The position numbers and the translations under genes were made by a program. Shown here piece by piece: positions 9,322 to 18,457 of a stretch of 64,000 nt of DNA. Position 1 is the stretch's first letter; each line of letters starts with the position of its first letter. The stretch covers positions 3,008,001 to 3,072,000 of the forward strand of contig OZ242311.1 of the NCBI GenBank assembly GCA_965207885.1, written 5' to 3'. The notes under the pieces were generated by a model. That model worked only from the letters and a program-made list of their open reading frames with translations, made no database searches and was not told where the DNA came from. The DNA comes from Candidatus Latescibacterota bacterium (GTDB lineage: Bacteria > Latescibacterota > UBA2968).

Positions 9322-10134
9322 CTACAAGTAGCTGTTGAGATAATCCATAGATTTTCGGAGTTCTGCTCTGGCATCACCCGGAGGGATGCTGCATTCAAAG
9401 CCGCAGTAGTGCTCGTAGCCGATGTCGGACAGTGCTTTGAGCGGGGGACCAAAATCCGTGTGACCATAGCCCGGCAAGATGCGATTGCTGTCGGCCAGAT
9501 GCACATTGGCGATGTGTTTGCCCCCTGCGCGGATGGCTTCGGCGAGGTCGGCTTCTTCGATGCTCATGTGAAAGAGATCGGCCATGGTGGCGATAGCGGG
9601 GCTGCCCACGGCTTCGCAGATTTCAACGCCCTGGGCAACCGTGCAGGGCCACCACTGTTCGTAGCGATTCAAGGGTTCTATGATCAGACGACTGCCACAC
9701 GCTTCGGCGTGCGGTGCGATGTCCTGCTTGAGAATTTCGATGAGAAGATCTTTTTCAAGTGTAGATGTACTGTACAGGGGAGAAAGATCGGGAATGCGTT
9801 GACCTCCGCCCATTTTGATGCCGATAAGCGGTGGGAAAATTACACCTATACCGCCGACTTCCGTACACAGAGTCAGGGCGTCGTTAATGGATTTTATGGC
9901 TGCGTTGCGTTCCTGGGGGCGCGCGTCGAGCAGACCTTTACTGCCCCGGGAAGAGCAGATATTGGGCACGATACCCGTCGCGTCTGATGCTGCTTTGATC
10001 TCATCTGCAAAATCTGCGGTGCTGCTATTGGTGATTTCAATGCCGGAAAAACCGAGTTCTTTGAGCGTCTGGAATTTCTCCATCAGGGTGTTGCCAGGAG
10101 CCATGGGTTCGCGAAGAGAATATTTGATGGTCAT
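9322..10134 (-). CDS. Sugar phosphate isomerase/epimerase (xylose-isomerase-like TIM barrel)
   Basis: GFSGIE, IEPLNRYE, DLFHMSIEE, HLADSNR..PGYGHTDF and FEC motifs. Confidence 0.9.
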   Translation of the reverse strand: MTIKYSLREPMAPGNTLMEKFQTLKELGFSGIEITNSSTADFADEIKAASDATGIVPNICSSRGSKGLLDARPQERNAAIKSINDALTLCTEVGGIGVIFPPLIGIKMGGGQRIPDLSPLYSTSTLEKDLLIEILKQDIAPHAEACGSRLIIEPLNRYEQWWPCTVAQGVEICEAVGSPAIATMADLFHMSIEEADLAEAIRAGGKHIANVHLADSNRILPGYGHTDFGPPLKALSDIGYEHYCGFECSIPPGDARAELRKSMDYLNSYL

Positions 10135-10224
10135 AATCAGTTCCGTGGAAATTTATGGTAACGCATACAGACAATATACTGTCTTATGGATAAATAGCAA
10201 GTTCAGGGCGACTACGCTCTCGCA

Positions 10225-10362
10225 CTTTCACTGCAATGAGAATTTTCTCGCAACGGCGCCTGCCGTTTATCCCAAGCACACCTGCGCGATTTCTCTCTAA
10301 ATTTCCCTCAGTTTTTTGAGTACATATTCAGATTTCTGATTTTTCCAACCCTCTCATCTCGA
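10225..10362 (+). repeat. Degenerate copy of the 3' end and downstream region of gene 18454-19527 (left repeat copy, gene remnant)
   Basis: Aligns by eye with 19429-19568; translates as ...YPKHTCAISL* versus ...YRKHTSAISVAISL*. Confidence 0.85.
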
Positions 10363-10448
10363 CCGAGACGCAGGAAAAAACCGATTTTTTACATGATTGG
10401 CTCCTGAAAATCCATCTCCAGGCAGTAAACGGGAGGTAAGTAGTTCTT

Positions 10449-10464
10449 TGGCACGTGTTTTGCT
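10449..10464 (+). promoter_or_regulatory. Sigma-54 (RpoN) -24/-12 promoter
   Basis: TGGCACG-TGTT-TTGCT matches TGGCACG-N4-TTGC(A/T) exactly; 50 bp upstream of ATG 10514; an enhancer-binding protein is encoded in the same cluster. Confidence 0.88.
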
Positions 10465-10513
10465 TGTATCTGGGTGAAACAGTTTGGCCCAACCCAACAT
10501 TGGAGGTGTAGAG

Positions 10514-12772
10514 ATGCTGCGATTTGTGATGGCGGTGCTGTTCTCTTTAATGCCAGGGGCTGCTCTGGCAGACGGAATAATTATCCCCGAACCGTGGATA
10601 GAGCTTGCGATTGCGCGGCATCTGGTGAAAGTGCGTATCCAGGATCAGGCGGTAGTGACGGAGATTGATCAGTCTTTTCTAAATCTGGGAAGAGCTGGGG
10701 AAGTGGAGGGCACCTATATGTTCCCGATTCCTGAAAGAGCCGCGATTTCGGCTTTTTCGATGTTTGTAGATGGAAAGGCACTCGCGGCAGAACTCCTCCC
10801 GGCGGATGAGGCGAGGCAGATTTATACGGAAATTGTGCGACAGCGGATCGATCCGGCCCTGCTGGAGTATGCTGGGCGAGGAGCTTATCGCGCCCGGATT
10901 TTCCCCATTGTAGCAGGAGTGGAAAAGCGGGTACAGTTGTCCTACAGCGAGGTCATTCGGGAGCGAAACGAGGTGCGAAAATATGTGTATCCACTAAATA
11001 CAGAGAAATTCTCGGCACGTCCACTGAAGGTGGTATCGGTGCAGGTTGAGATCGCTTCTGAAGATCCGATCAAGAATGTGTATTCGCCTTCGCACCCCAT
11101 TGAGATTCAGCGGACAGACGACCACCATGTGACGGTGGTGTATTCGGACGAAGAGACCACGCCTAACACGGACTTTGTGCTCTATTACAGTGTGTCTCGA
11201 GATGACGTAGGAATGAATGCTTTGACGTACCGAGAGGCGGGACAGGACGGATTTTATATGCTTCTCGCAGCGCCCCGCGTAGAGGTGCAGGCAGATCAGG
11301 CTGCAAAAAAACGGATTGCGCTGGTGCTGGACCGATCGGGCAGTATGAGGGGTGAAAAGATGGCACAGGCCCGGGAGGCTATGAAGTTTGTGCTGCGCAA
11401 TCTGAATTCACAGGATGTGTTTAATATTTTTGATTATAGCACTCTATCCGCGTCATTTGCTCCGGATATGCTGCTGGCAACCTCTGAAAATACTTCGACT
11501 GCAATTGCTTATGTGAATATGCTGGAGGCGGGTGGCGGTACCAATATTCACGAGGCGCTGGTAGTGGCACTGAATCAGCTTAAGGGCGACGATTACCTGA
11601 ATATGGTGCTGTTTATGACGGACGGGATCGCAACCGTCGGAGTGACGGAGAATGAAGAAATCCTGAAAGAGGTGCAGACCCGCAATGCCCTGGCGGCGCG
11701 GATATTTGCATTTGGAGTGGGTTTTGACGTGAACACACACCTTTTGGATTTGCTGGGTAGCCAGAACCGAGGCACGTCAGCTTATGTCAAACCAGGAGAG
11801 GATATTGAGGCAGAGGTGTCGGCATTTTACACGCAGGTGAGCCATCCAGTGCTTTCGGAACTGAAGTTGACGTATGGCGGGATATCCATAAGCGATATGT
11901 ATCCACGGGTACTGCCGGATCTGTTCAAGGGGTCACAGATTGTTCAGTTTGGGCGGTATGCAGACAGTGGGACAACGTCTATTGAGTTCTCGGGCGCAGC
12001 CAATGGAGAAAGAATGACCTTCTCTCGTCAAATGGAATTTCCCGAGGAAGCAGCAGAACACAACTTTCTTCCCCGGCTGTGGGCAACGCGAAAGATCGGC
12101 TTTTTGTTGAATCAAATCCGGTTGAATGGAGAAGTGAAGGAACTGGTTGACGAAATTGTGAGCCTGAGCCGCACGTATGGCATTATTACGCCCTATACGT
12201 CTTTTTTGATTGTGGAAGATACGCCTCCGGGGCCGTTTGCGCTTCCAACCGGATTCACAGATCAGCAAGGGGCGGATGCAGTGGCGGCGTCCGAAGCCAC
12301 ACGTGATATGGCCGGGGCTGTGGCAGCACCCTCACCCAACGTGGTTTCCCGAGAAGGCGGCGTGCGTACGGTGGGCATAAAGACGTTTTATTTGAGAGAT
12401 GGCGTATGGAAAGATGCGGGTTATACCGAGGGAGAACCGGTTATTGAGTATCGGTTTGGCAGCGACCGATATTTTGAGTTGCTGGATCAGTTTCCGGATC
12501 TGGGACCGTACCTGGCGCTGGGTACGGACGTGATCTTCAAAAACCGCGGGGTTGTCTATCGGATTTGGGAACGGATTAATAGTCTGGACAAACACAGGAT
12601 TGATTTTAGTGGCGATGGGCGTGTGGATTTCAGTGATTTTTTGCTCTTTGTCCAGGGGTATAGAAAGGCGGAAGGCGAAGCGGGTTATAACGCTGCATAC
12701 GATCTGGATGGGAATAAATACGTTGATTTTCAAGATTTTATGATTTTTTCGTCTCTGTACGGGAGGCAATAA
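10514..12772 (+). CDS. Secreted VIT-vWA domain protein with C-terminal paired EF-hand/dockerin-like repeat
   Basis: GGAGG RBS; signal peptide (ALA-DG); VIT domain (EGTYMFP...DPALLEY); MIDAS motifs DRSGS, GGTNI and TDG; tail DFSGDGRVDFSDF...DLDGNKYVDFQDF. Confidence 0.9.
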   Translation: MLRFVMAVLFSLMPGAALADGIIIPEPWIELAIARHLVKVRIQDQAVVTEIDQSFLNLGRAGEVEGTYMFPIPERAAISAFSMFVDGKALAAELLPADEARQIYTEIVRQRIDPALLEYAGRGAYRARIFPIVAGVEKRVQLSYSEVIRERNEVRKYVYPLNTEKFSARPLKVVSVQVEIASEDPIKNVYSPSHPIEIQRTDDHHVTVVYSDEETTPNTDFVLYYSVSRDDVGMNALTYREAGQDGFYMLLAAPRVEVQADQAAKKRIALVLDRSGSMRGEKMAQAREAMKFVLRNLNSQDVFNIFDYSTLSASFAPDMLLATSENTSTAIAYVNMLEAGGGTNIHEALVVALNQLKGDDYLNMVLFMTDGIATVGVTENEEILKEVQTRNALAARIFAFGVGFDVNTHLLDLLGSQNRGTSAYVKPGEDIEAEVSAFYTQVSHPVLSELKLTYGGISISDMYPRVLPDLFKGSQIVQFGRYADSGTTSIEFSGAANGERMTFSRQMEFPEEAAEHNFLPRLWATRKIGFLLNQIRLNGEVKELVDEIVSLSRTYGIITPYTSFLIVEDTPPGPFALPTGFTDQQGADAVAASEATRDMAGAVAAPSPNVVSREGGVRTVGIKTFYLRDGVWKDAGYTEGEPVIEYRFGSDRYFELLDQFPDLGPYLALGTDVIFKNRGVVYRIWERINSLDKHRIDFSGDGRVDFSDFLLFVQGYRKAEGEAGYNAAYDLDGNKYVDFQDFMIFSSLYGRQ

Positions 12773-12898
12773 AGCTTTGCGACAGATGGAAGGCACAGAA
12801 AAGAGACCGGTCTTTGCATCGGCAGAATGGTTATTATCTGAAATCCTGTGAATAACAGGGCAAAATCAGCACTTCACTTTACACAAGGAGATTCTCCA

Positions 12899-14374
12899 AT
12901 GAACGCACTTTCTTTTCAACGGCCGGTGACTACAACCTTTCTCGCGCTTTCAATCACGGTCCTGGCAACCCTCTTCCCATCTCGTGTAACCTCCCAGCTC
13001 ATCGGGATCAAATCGGTCCCCGTCGCGACTGGAGACCAATTCCTGATCTATCCCTCGGCGAATCTGGCACTCGGGGGCGTATCGATCGCGATGAACGACC
13101 TCCTCCTCGATCCCTTCTCCAACCCGGCGAAAGGCGCGCGACTCGGAGAGACACTGATTGTGGGATCTCCGACCTTCTATTTGATCTCCGACCACAATGG
13201 CGCAGGGCGCACAATTCCAATCACCTTCCTCGCGGGATCGGATAGCTGGTTCGGGGGCGGCTCCTTCGCGCTCCAACAGATCATGGCCGCGGACCGCTGG
13301 AATTGGTGGGGTCCGAACACCGGGCAGCCGCTGCGTGACCGCTCGGCCAGGAACCTCTATTTACACGGATTCTTCGGACGGATGCTCGCAGAGAGCGGGC
13401 TCTCCCTCGGCGGAAGCCTCTCCTGGGCCGGACTGGGTGCCCTCGATGGTGTCGAGCACCTCTACGCCTTCAGCGAACGGATCGAACAAGATGGCCATAG
13501 TGTGGATCTGCGCCTCGGCCTTCTCGGCGAATGGGAGAGCGGACGGTCTTTCGAGGTACTCCTTCTCCACAACCGCTTCGACATGACGCACGAGGTTCAC
13601 TATCTGGATTGGATCTGGCACCAGGATCGGGAAATCGGAGAGGGAGTGCCGCGCATGGAACGAAATCTCGATCAGACGAATACGTCGGGTCTCCATTTGG
13701 GATTCACCCAGCCCCTGACCAGGAGTGGATGGCGCTTCGGAGCCGCGACGACCGTGAACCGGAAGTTGCATCCCAAGATCCCGAACTACGAGATCCAGAA
13801 CATCCCCCGGGATCCGGGCGATTCCTGGGCGTATGACTTTGGCGTGGGTATTGCCAAGACCGGAGAGAGGGCAACCTATGGGATCGACCTCGTTCTGGAG
13901 CCGATCTCGAGCTACACGTGGGCTGATGCCGCGAGCGATACGGTCGGATCCATCGGCAATCTGATCCGAGCGGGCGAGAAGACGGTAGAGAACGAGTTCT
14001 CCTTCTTGAACGCGAAAATCAGGATGGGCATTGGGCACGACTTCGGCTGGGGCGGGTTCCAACTCGGTCTGCAGATGCGCTCCATACGGTACGACCTGAC
14101 CCAAACCAGTCACATCAAAGGCTCGACACGGAACCAGAGGGAGAGCTGGATGGAATGGACCCCGAGTTGGGGGCTACACTTCGACCTGGCCGAGTTCGAT
14201 CTCCGCTACAGGGGGCGGCTGATCACTGGAACGGGCCGACCGGGAGTGGCAAGGAACGGCATGGTAGAGCTTGCTGCGGATGCCGACTTCCTCCCCGCGC
14301 CCGAAGGTCCATTGACGTTAAGAGATGCCTGGGTAATGACCCACCAAATCTCGGTGTCGATGCCGATCCGATAG
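12899..14374 (+). CDS. Putative outer-membrane beta-barrel, FadL/PorV-like
   Basis: AAGGAG RBS; signal peptide; N-terminal ANLALGGVSIAMND...FSNPAKG resembles the FadL/PorV GMGG...NPA motif; alternating amphipathic strands. Confidence 0.6.
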   Translation: MNALSFQRPVTTTFLALSITVLATLFPSRVTSQLIGIKSVPVATGDQFLIYPSANLALGGVSIAMNDLLLDPFSNPAKGARLGETLIVGSPTFYLISDHNGAGRTIPITFLAGSDSWFGGGSFALQQIMAADRWNWWGPNTGQPLRDRSARNLYLHGFFGRMLAESGLSLGGSLSWAGLGALDGVEHLYAFSERIEQDGHSVDLRLGLLGEWESGRSFEVLLLHNRFDMTHEVHYLDWIWHQDREIGEGVPRMERNLDQTNTSGLHLGFTQPLTRSGWRFGAATTVNRKLHPKIPNYEIQNIPRDPGDSWAYDFGVGIAKTGERATYGIDLVLEPISSYTWADAASDTVGSIGNLIRAGEKTVENEFSFLNAKIRMGIGHDFGWGGFQLGLQMRSIRYDLTQTSHIKGSTRNQRESWMEWTPSWGLHFDLAEFDLRYRGRLITGTGRPGVARNGMVELAADADFLPAPEGPLTLRDAWVMTHQISVSMPIR

Positions 14375-14405
14375 GTCGGTTCGGAACCCATCCAGCAATC
14401 AAACG

Positions 14406-14435
14406 TTGACAAAACAGGCCCTGTGACGCCATATT
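14406..14435 (+). promoter_or_regulatory. Sigma-70-type promoter of the two-component operon (copy 1 of a duplicated element)
   Basis: TTGACA-N18-CATATT; near-identical copy at 21141-21170. Confidence 0.6.
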
Positions 14436-14484
14436 ACGGGCATGGGGAGGAAGGTGCATCTGGGATGCAGAATCCGGAGTATTT

Positions 14485-15966
14485 TTGATGGTTTCGCGAG
14501 CAGGCAAAAGGTTACCGTCTCAACACAGGGGCCGCATTGGCCGCAGGCTGGTTGTGACATTTGTTGTTTTCGTATTCCTTGTGGTCGGTAGCACGGGTTG
14601 GATATTGTATCGCCTCACACGCAATAGCCTCGAGCGCCAGATGAGCGACCAACTGCTTGCTATCGCGCAACTTTCGGCGGCGGGTATTGATGGAGATGCG
14701 GTGCGCCACTTGCGTTCGGGGTTTGAGGGTGGCAATCTTCACGCGCGGTTGAGAGCAAAGCTGATCGGGTATCGAGATCTGGTCGGTGCCCGGCGGATTT
14801 ACGTGTTTGACCGGCAGGGACAGAGCCTGCTGGACACAGCGCCCGATGTGCCGATTGGGAGGGAATATACGCGGTTGCGGGTGGACCGAGCGGAATTGGC
14901 CGACGTCTGGCGAGGGCAGGCGTCGCATTCGATTTTGTTTCGGGACAAAGCGGGTGTTTATTATCAATCCGGTTACGCGCCTGTTTATGCCGGAGAGGAA
15001 GTTGTGGCAGCGGTTGGCGTGGATATTGGGGCCGGATTTGTCGAGGCGATTCGAGCAGTTCAGCATTCTGTGTTGATTTTTGGAGGGGTGAGCGTGGTGT
15101 TGACCATAGCGATCGGTTTGGTTCTCGCTCGCACCCTGACCGGGCCGATTCATCGCCTGGTCAACTCTGCACAGGCCATCGGCGAGGGCGACCTCGATCG
15201 ACCAGTGGACCGGTCTGCCGGAGATGAACTGGGTTATTTGGGCCAGACCATGGAGGAAATGCGCCTGAAGATTCTGGACCGCGATGAGCACTTGCGGCAG
15301 ATGCTGGCGGGCGTGGCGCACGAAATTCGCAATCCTCTGGGCGGCATTGAGATTTATGCGGGTTTGATTGCAAGCGATCTACCGGATGACGACGCGCGCA
15401 AGGCCCACATTCAGAAGGTGATCGGAGAGGTGCGCACACTCAATCGGGTGATTTCCGAATTTCTGGACTTTGCCCGACCTTCAGTTGTGCAACCAGTGGA
15501 AGCAGATGTTGCTCGGCTTGTGGAAGAGGTTGTTTTTTTGCTCAGTCCAGAGATGGACGAGGCAGGGGTGCAGTGCATAAGGGAGATTCCACAGGGACTG
15601 AAAGTATTTGTAGATGTTGACCAGTTCAAACGCACGCTGGTCAATCTGGTAAAGAATGGCGTTCAAGCGATGCCAGAAGGAGGTGTGTTGCGGTTGACAG
15701 GTGAAAAAGAGAATGAAAACACGGTCATCAGGGTAGTCGATACGGGTGTGGGCATGGATAGCGCCGTAATCGGGCGCCTGTTCGAACCTTTTTTTACAAC
15801 GGGAGAGGGAGGCTCCGGTTTGGGTATGGCCATTGTGCAGAAAACAGTGAAGGAGAATGGAGGAACTGTTGGCGTTGAAAGCCAGGTAGGCAAGGGCACT
15901 GTATTTGAGGTGGTTTTGCCAGGTAGTCAGAATGACAGATATTTGCGAGAAAGGAAACGAGAGTGA
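14485..15966 (+). CDS. Membrane sensor histidine kinase (periplasmic sensor domain, HAMP, HisKA, HATPase)
   Basis: Two TM segments; HAMP (DELGYL); H-box AHEIRNPL; NLVKNG, DTGVGM, FEPFFTT and GSGLGM boxes. Confidence 0.96.
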   Translation: MMVSRAGKRLPSQHRGRIGRRLVVTFVVFVFLVVGSTGWILYRLTRNSLERQMSDQLLAIAQLSAAGIDGDAVRHLRSGFEGGNLHARLRAKLIGYRDLVGARRIYVFDRQGQSLLDTAPDVPIGREYTRLRVDRAELADVWRGQASHSILFRDKAGVYYQSGYAPVYAGEEVVAAVGVDIGAGFVEAIRAVQHSVLIFGGVSVVLTIAIGLVLARTLTGPIHRLVNSAQAIGEGDLDRPVDRSAGDELGYLGQTMEEMRLKILDRDEHLRQMLAGVAHEIRNPLGGIEIYAGLIASDLPDDDARKAHIQKVIGEVRTLNRVISEFLDFARPSVVQPVEADVARLVEEVVFLLSPEMDEAGVQCIREIPQGLKVFVDVDQFKRTLVNLVKNGVQAMPEGGVLRLTGEKENENTVIRVVDTGVGMDSAVIGRLFEPFFTTGEGGSGLGMAIVQKTVKENGGTVGVESQVGKGTVFEVVLPGSQNDRYLRERKRE

Positions 15967-17348
15967 GCCTGGTTCTGGTGATCGATGATAACGAGACGAT
16001 GCGCAGTGGGATGGCACTTTTGCTTGAACGGATGGGGCACGACGTGACGGCAGCTTCGGGCGGGGTGGAGGGGTTGAGGCAGATGAATGCGAGGCCTTTT
16101 GATCTGGTGATTACGGATTACAAGATGGAGGACATGGACGGGCTGGAAGTGCTCGACGCTGTGCGGCGGGATTATGCCGATACGGATGTGGTGGTCATTA
16201 CGGCCTATGGCACAATCGATGTGGCGGTCGAAGCCATGAGAAAAGGGGCGGCAGATTTTGTCGTTAAAGCCGATGCATTGTACGATGTGTTGCGGCTGAG
16301 GGTGGAGAAGGTGCTGAAGCATCGGGAATTGCGTCAGTCGAGGGATCGCCTGGACGAAGAGAACCAGTATTTACGGGACGAGATCGGTGTACGATTTAAT
16401 TTTGGGGAGATGGTGGGCCGATCCAGGCCTATGAAAACGGTGTATGAGATGGTTGAAAAGGTGGCGGAAACGGATTCTGCAGTGCTGGTTTACGGCGAGA
16501 GTGGAACCGGTAAGGAACTGGTTGCCAGAGCGATTCATCGCAGGAGCGCCCGGCGGGAAGGGCCGTTTGTAAAGGTGAATTGCGGGTCACTGCCGAGAGA
16601 ACTGGTTCAAAGCGAATTGTTCGGCCATGAAAAGGGCGCATTTACCGGAGCAATTCGTCAAAAAAAGGGCAAGTTTGAGCTGGCTGAAGGCGGTACGATT
16701 TTTCTCGATGAGATCGGGGATTTGCCCCTTGAGGCTCAGGTAAATATTCTGAGGGTGTTACAGGCGAAGGAGTACGATCGGGTGGGAGGAGAAGAGACGA
16801 TTCAGGCGGATGTACGTGTGATTGCAGCCACACATCGAGTGTTGAGAGAAATGGTGGCCGAGGGCGCATTCCGAGAGGACCTTTTTTATCGGTTGGAGGT
16901 AATTCCGATCCGTCTGGTCCCTTTGAGGGATCGCAAGGCGGACATTCCGGATCTGGTGGAGCACTTTTTGCATAAGAAATGTGAAGAGATGAACCGGCCC
17001 TTGAAACGATTGACAGATCGGGCGATGGCTGCGATGGCGTCCTATACCTGGCCCGGCAATGTGCGGGAACTGGAGAATGTGGTTGAGCGTACCCTTGTGC
17101 TGGCCGACGGCAATGTCGTGGATGTGAACGACCTGCCGCTGGATGTGGAGGCGTCACGAGCAGAGGTTTCCGCTGAGGAATTTGAGGATAGCGCGATTCC
17201 TTTGACCCGCAGGCTGGAAGATTTGGAGCGGCAACTGATTGAACAGGCACTGGAACAGGCCGGAGGGGTTAAAACGAAGGCAGCGGAGATGTTGGGTATC
17301 AAAACCAGCGCGTTTTATTATAAACTGGACAAATACGGGCTGACATAA
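15963..17348 (+). CDS. Sigma-54-dependent response regulator (NtrC/AtoC family)
   Basis: Receiver domain (VIDD, TDYKM); GESGTGKE, GAFTGA, FLDEIG and WPGNVREL motifs; C-terminal Fis-type HTH; overlaps the kinase stop codon. Confidence 0.97.
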   Translation: MSLVLVIDDNETMRSGMALLLERMGHDVTAASGGVEGLRQMNARPFDLVITDYKMEDMDGLEVLDAVRRDYADTDVVVITAYGTIDVAVEAMRKGAADFVVKADALYDVLRLRVEKVLKHRELRQSRDRLDEENQYLRDEIGVRFNFGEMVGRSRPMKTVYEMVEKVAETDSAVLVYGESGTGKELVARAIHRRSARREGPFVKVNCGSLPRELVQSELFGHEKGAFTGAIRQKKGKFELAEGGTIFLDEIGDLPLEAQVNILRVLQAKEYDRVGGEETIQADVRVIAATHRVLREMVAEGAFREDLFYRLEVIPIRLVPLRDRKADIPDLVEHFLHKKCEEMNRPLKRLTDRAMAAMASYTWPGNVRELENVVERTLVLADGNVVDVNDLPLDVEASRAEVSAEEFEDSAIPLTRRLEDLERQLIEQALEQAGGVKTKAAEMLGIKTSAFYYKLDKYGLT

Positions 17349-17395
17349 AGGGCGGGTTTCATAGATCAGGGTAGGGGATAATCGTTATAGGAATT

Positions 17396-18457
17396 GTGAT
17401 GAGATATGTCTATAGATGTTTATTTTTCTACAGTTTAGTTTGGAGCTTGTCGTTTTCAGCGGCGGCCGAATCGCTCGACAGCCTGCAGACCGAGCACACG
17501 CGGTTGGAGGAAGTTAGAGATTCTTTGCTCACACAACGGGCGGTTCTGGCGACCAGACTGGACACGCTGGCAAACCAGATCTACCGCTTGAAGCGCGCCG
17601 ATACTGGGGGCGTTGCGGAGACACTCCAGCAGGCGCTAAGGCAAACACTGGAACTCGCGGATCGTATTGAGCGGGTTGACATGGCCTTTGAAGTGGTGCG
17701 GACTGCATTGTCCCACCTGCGGCAAAAACTGCGAGCGCACTATGATCGAGAGATCGGCGCAGCCATTGCAGCGCTGGAGCAAGGGCCGGATGCCGCTAAG
17801 GCTGGCCGATTGAGAGCCTTGCAGCGGGCGCGAGGCGCACTGGAGGAAGGGGGGATGGAAATTCGTCTGGCAGAGGCGCAGATGCTGGTGGTGCGGGAGG
17901 ATGACGGACCAGATGAGATTCGCCAAAAAGCCGACCTGATGGAGGATATGGCGGCTCAAACACGGGTGAAAACAGATGTGGTGATGCGGCGGATAAAACG
18001 GTTGGAGGAAGAGCGCAGATTGCGGATACGGATGGCCACATTGAGAGGAGAGTTGGACTTTTTTGATGAGGCTGTGCTCGAAGGGCGTTCTCTGTCACCC
18101 GGGCAGGCAGTCGAGGGAACGGGTGGTGTGTTGCTCGATGAGGCGGGCCCGGCACCAGAAAATGCGTTGCCCGATGCGATGGCGGCAGCAGGGGTGACGG
18201 ACGAACGATCGGGGTCCGACGCAACAGAGATAGTGGAGCCCGGTTCTACGACAGAGCGAGTTTTTGTGGTCGGGCGAGAGATTGGCGTGCCGTACGCACA
18301 GACTCCGCCAGAGGTGCTTTCCTCGGATGATCTGGTTTCGGAGATTGCGCGATTAAAGGGACTACAGAAGGCTCTGACGACCCGCGAACAGGCACTGAAA
18401 CAGCGTGCAGAGGCATTTCGGAAACATCTGCAGCGGATGCTGAAGGAGGGACGTTGA
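17396..18457 (+). CDS. Hypothetical exported coiled-coil protein
   Basis: Signal peptide (SAAA-E); long L/E/R/A heptad-rich helices at both ends around an acidic low-complexity linker. Confidence 0.7.
   Translation: MMRYVYRCLFFYSLVWSLSFSAAAESLDSLQTEHTRLEEVRDSLLTQRAVLATRLDTLANQIYRLKRADTGGVAETLQQALRQTLELADRIERVDMAFEVVRTALSHLRQKLRAHYDREIGAAIAALEQGPDAAKAGRLRALQRARGALEEGGMEIRLAEAQMLVVREDDGPDEIRQKADLMEDMAAQTRVKTDVVMRRIKRLEEERRLRIRMATLRGELDFFDEAVLEGRSLSPGQAVEGTGGVLLDEAGPAPENALPDAMAAAGVTDERSGSDATEIVEPGSTTERVFVVGREIGVPYAQTPPEVLSSDDLVSEIARLKGLQKALTTREQALKQRAEAFRKHLQRMLKEGR

Noticed and set aside
9815-10300. 161 aa plus-strand ORF
   Set aside because: Mostly antisense to the isomerase gene; only its last residues are meaningful, as the gene remnant reported under the direct repeat
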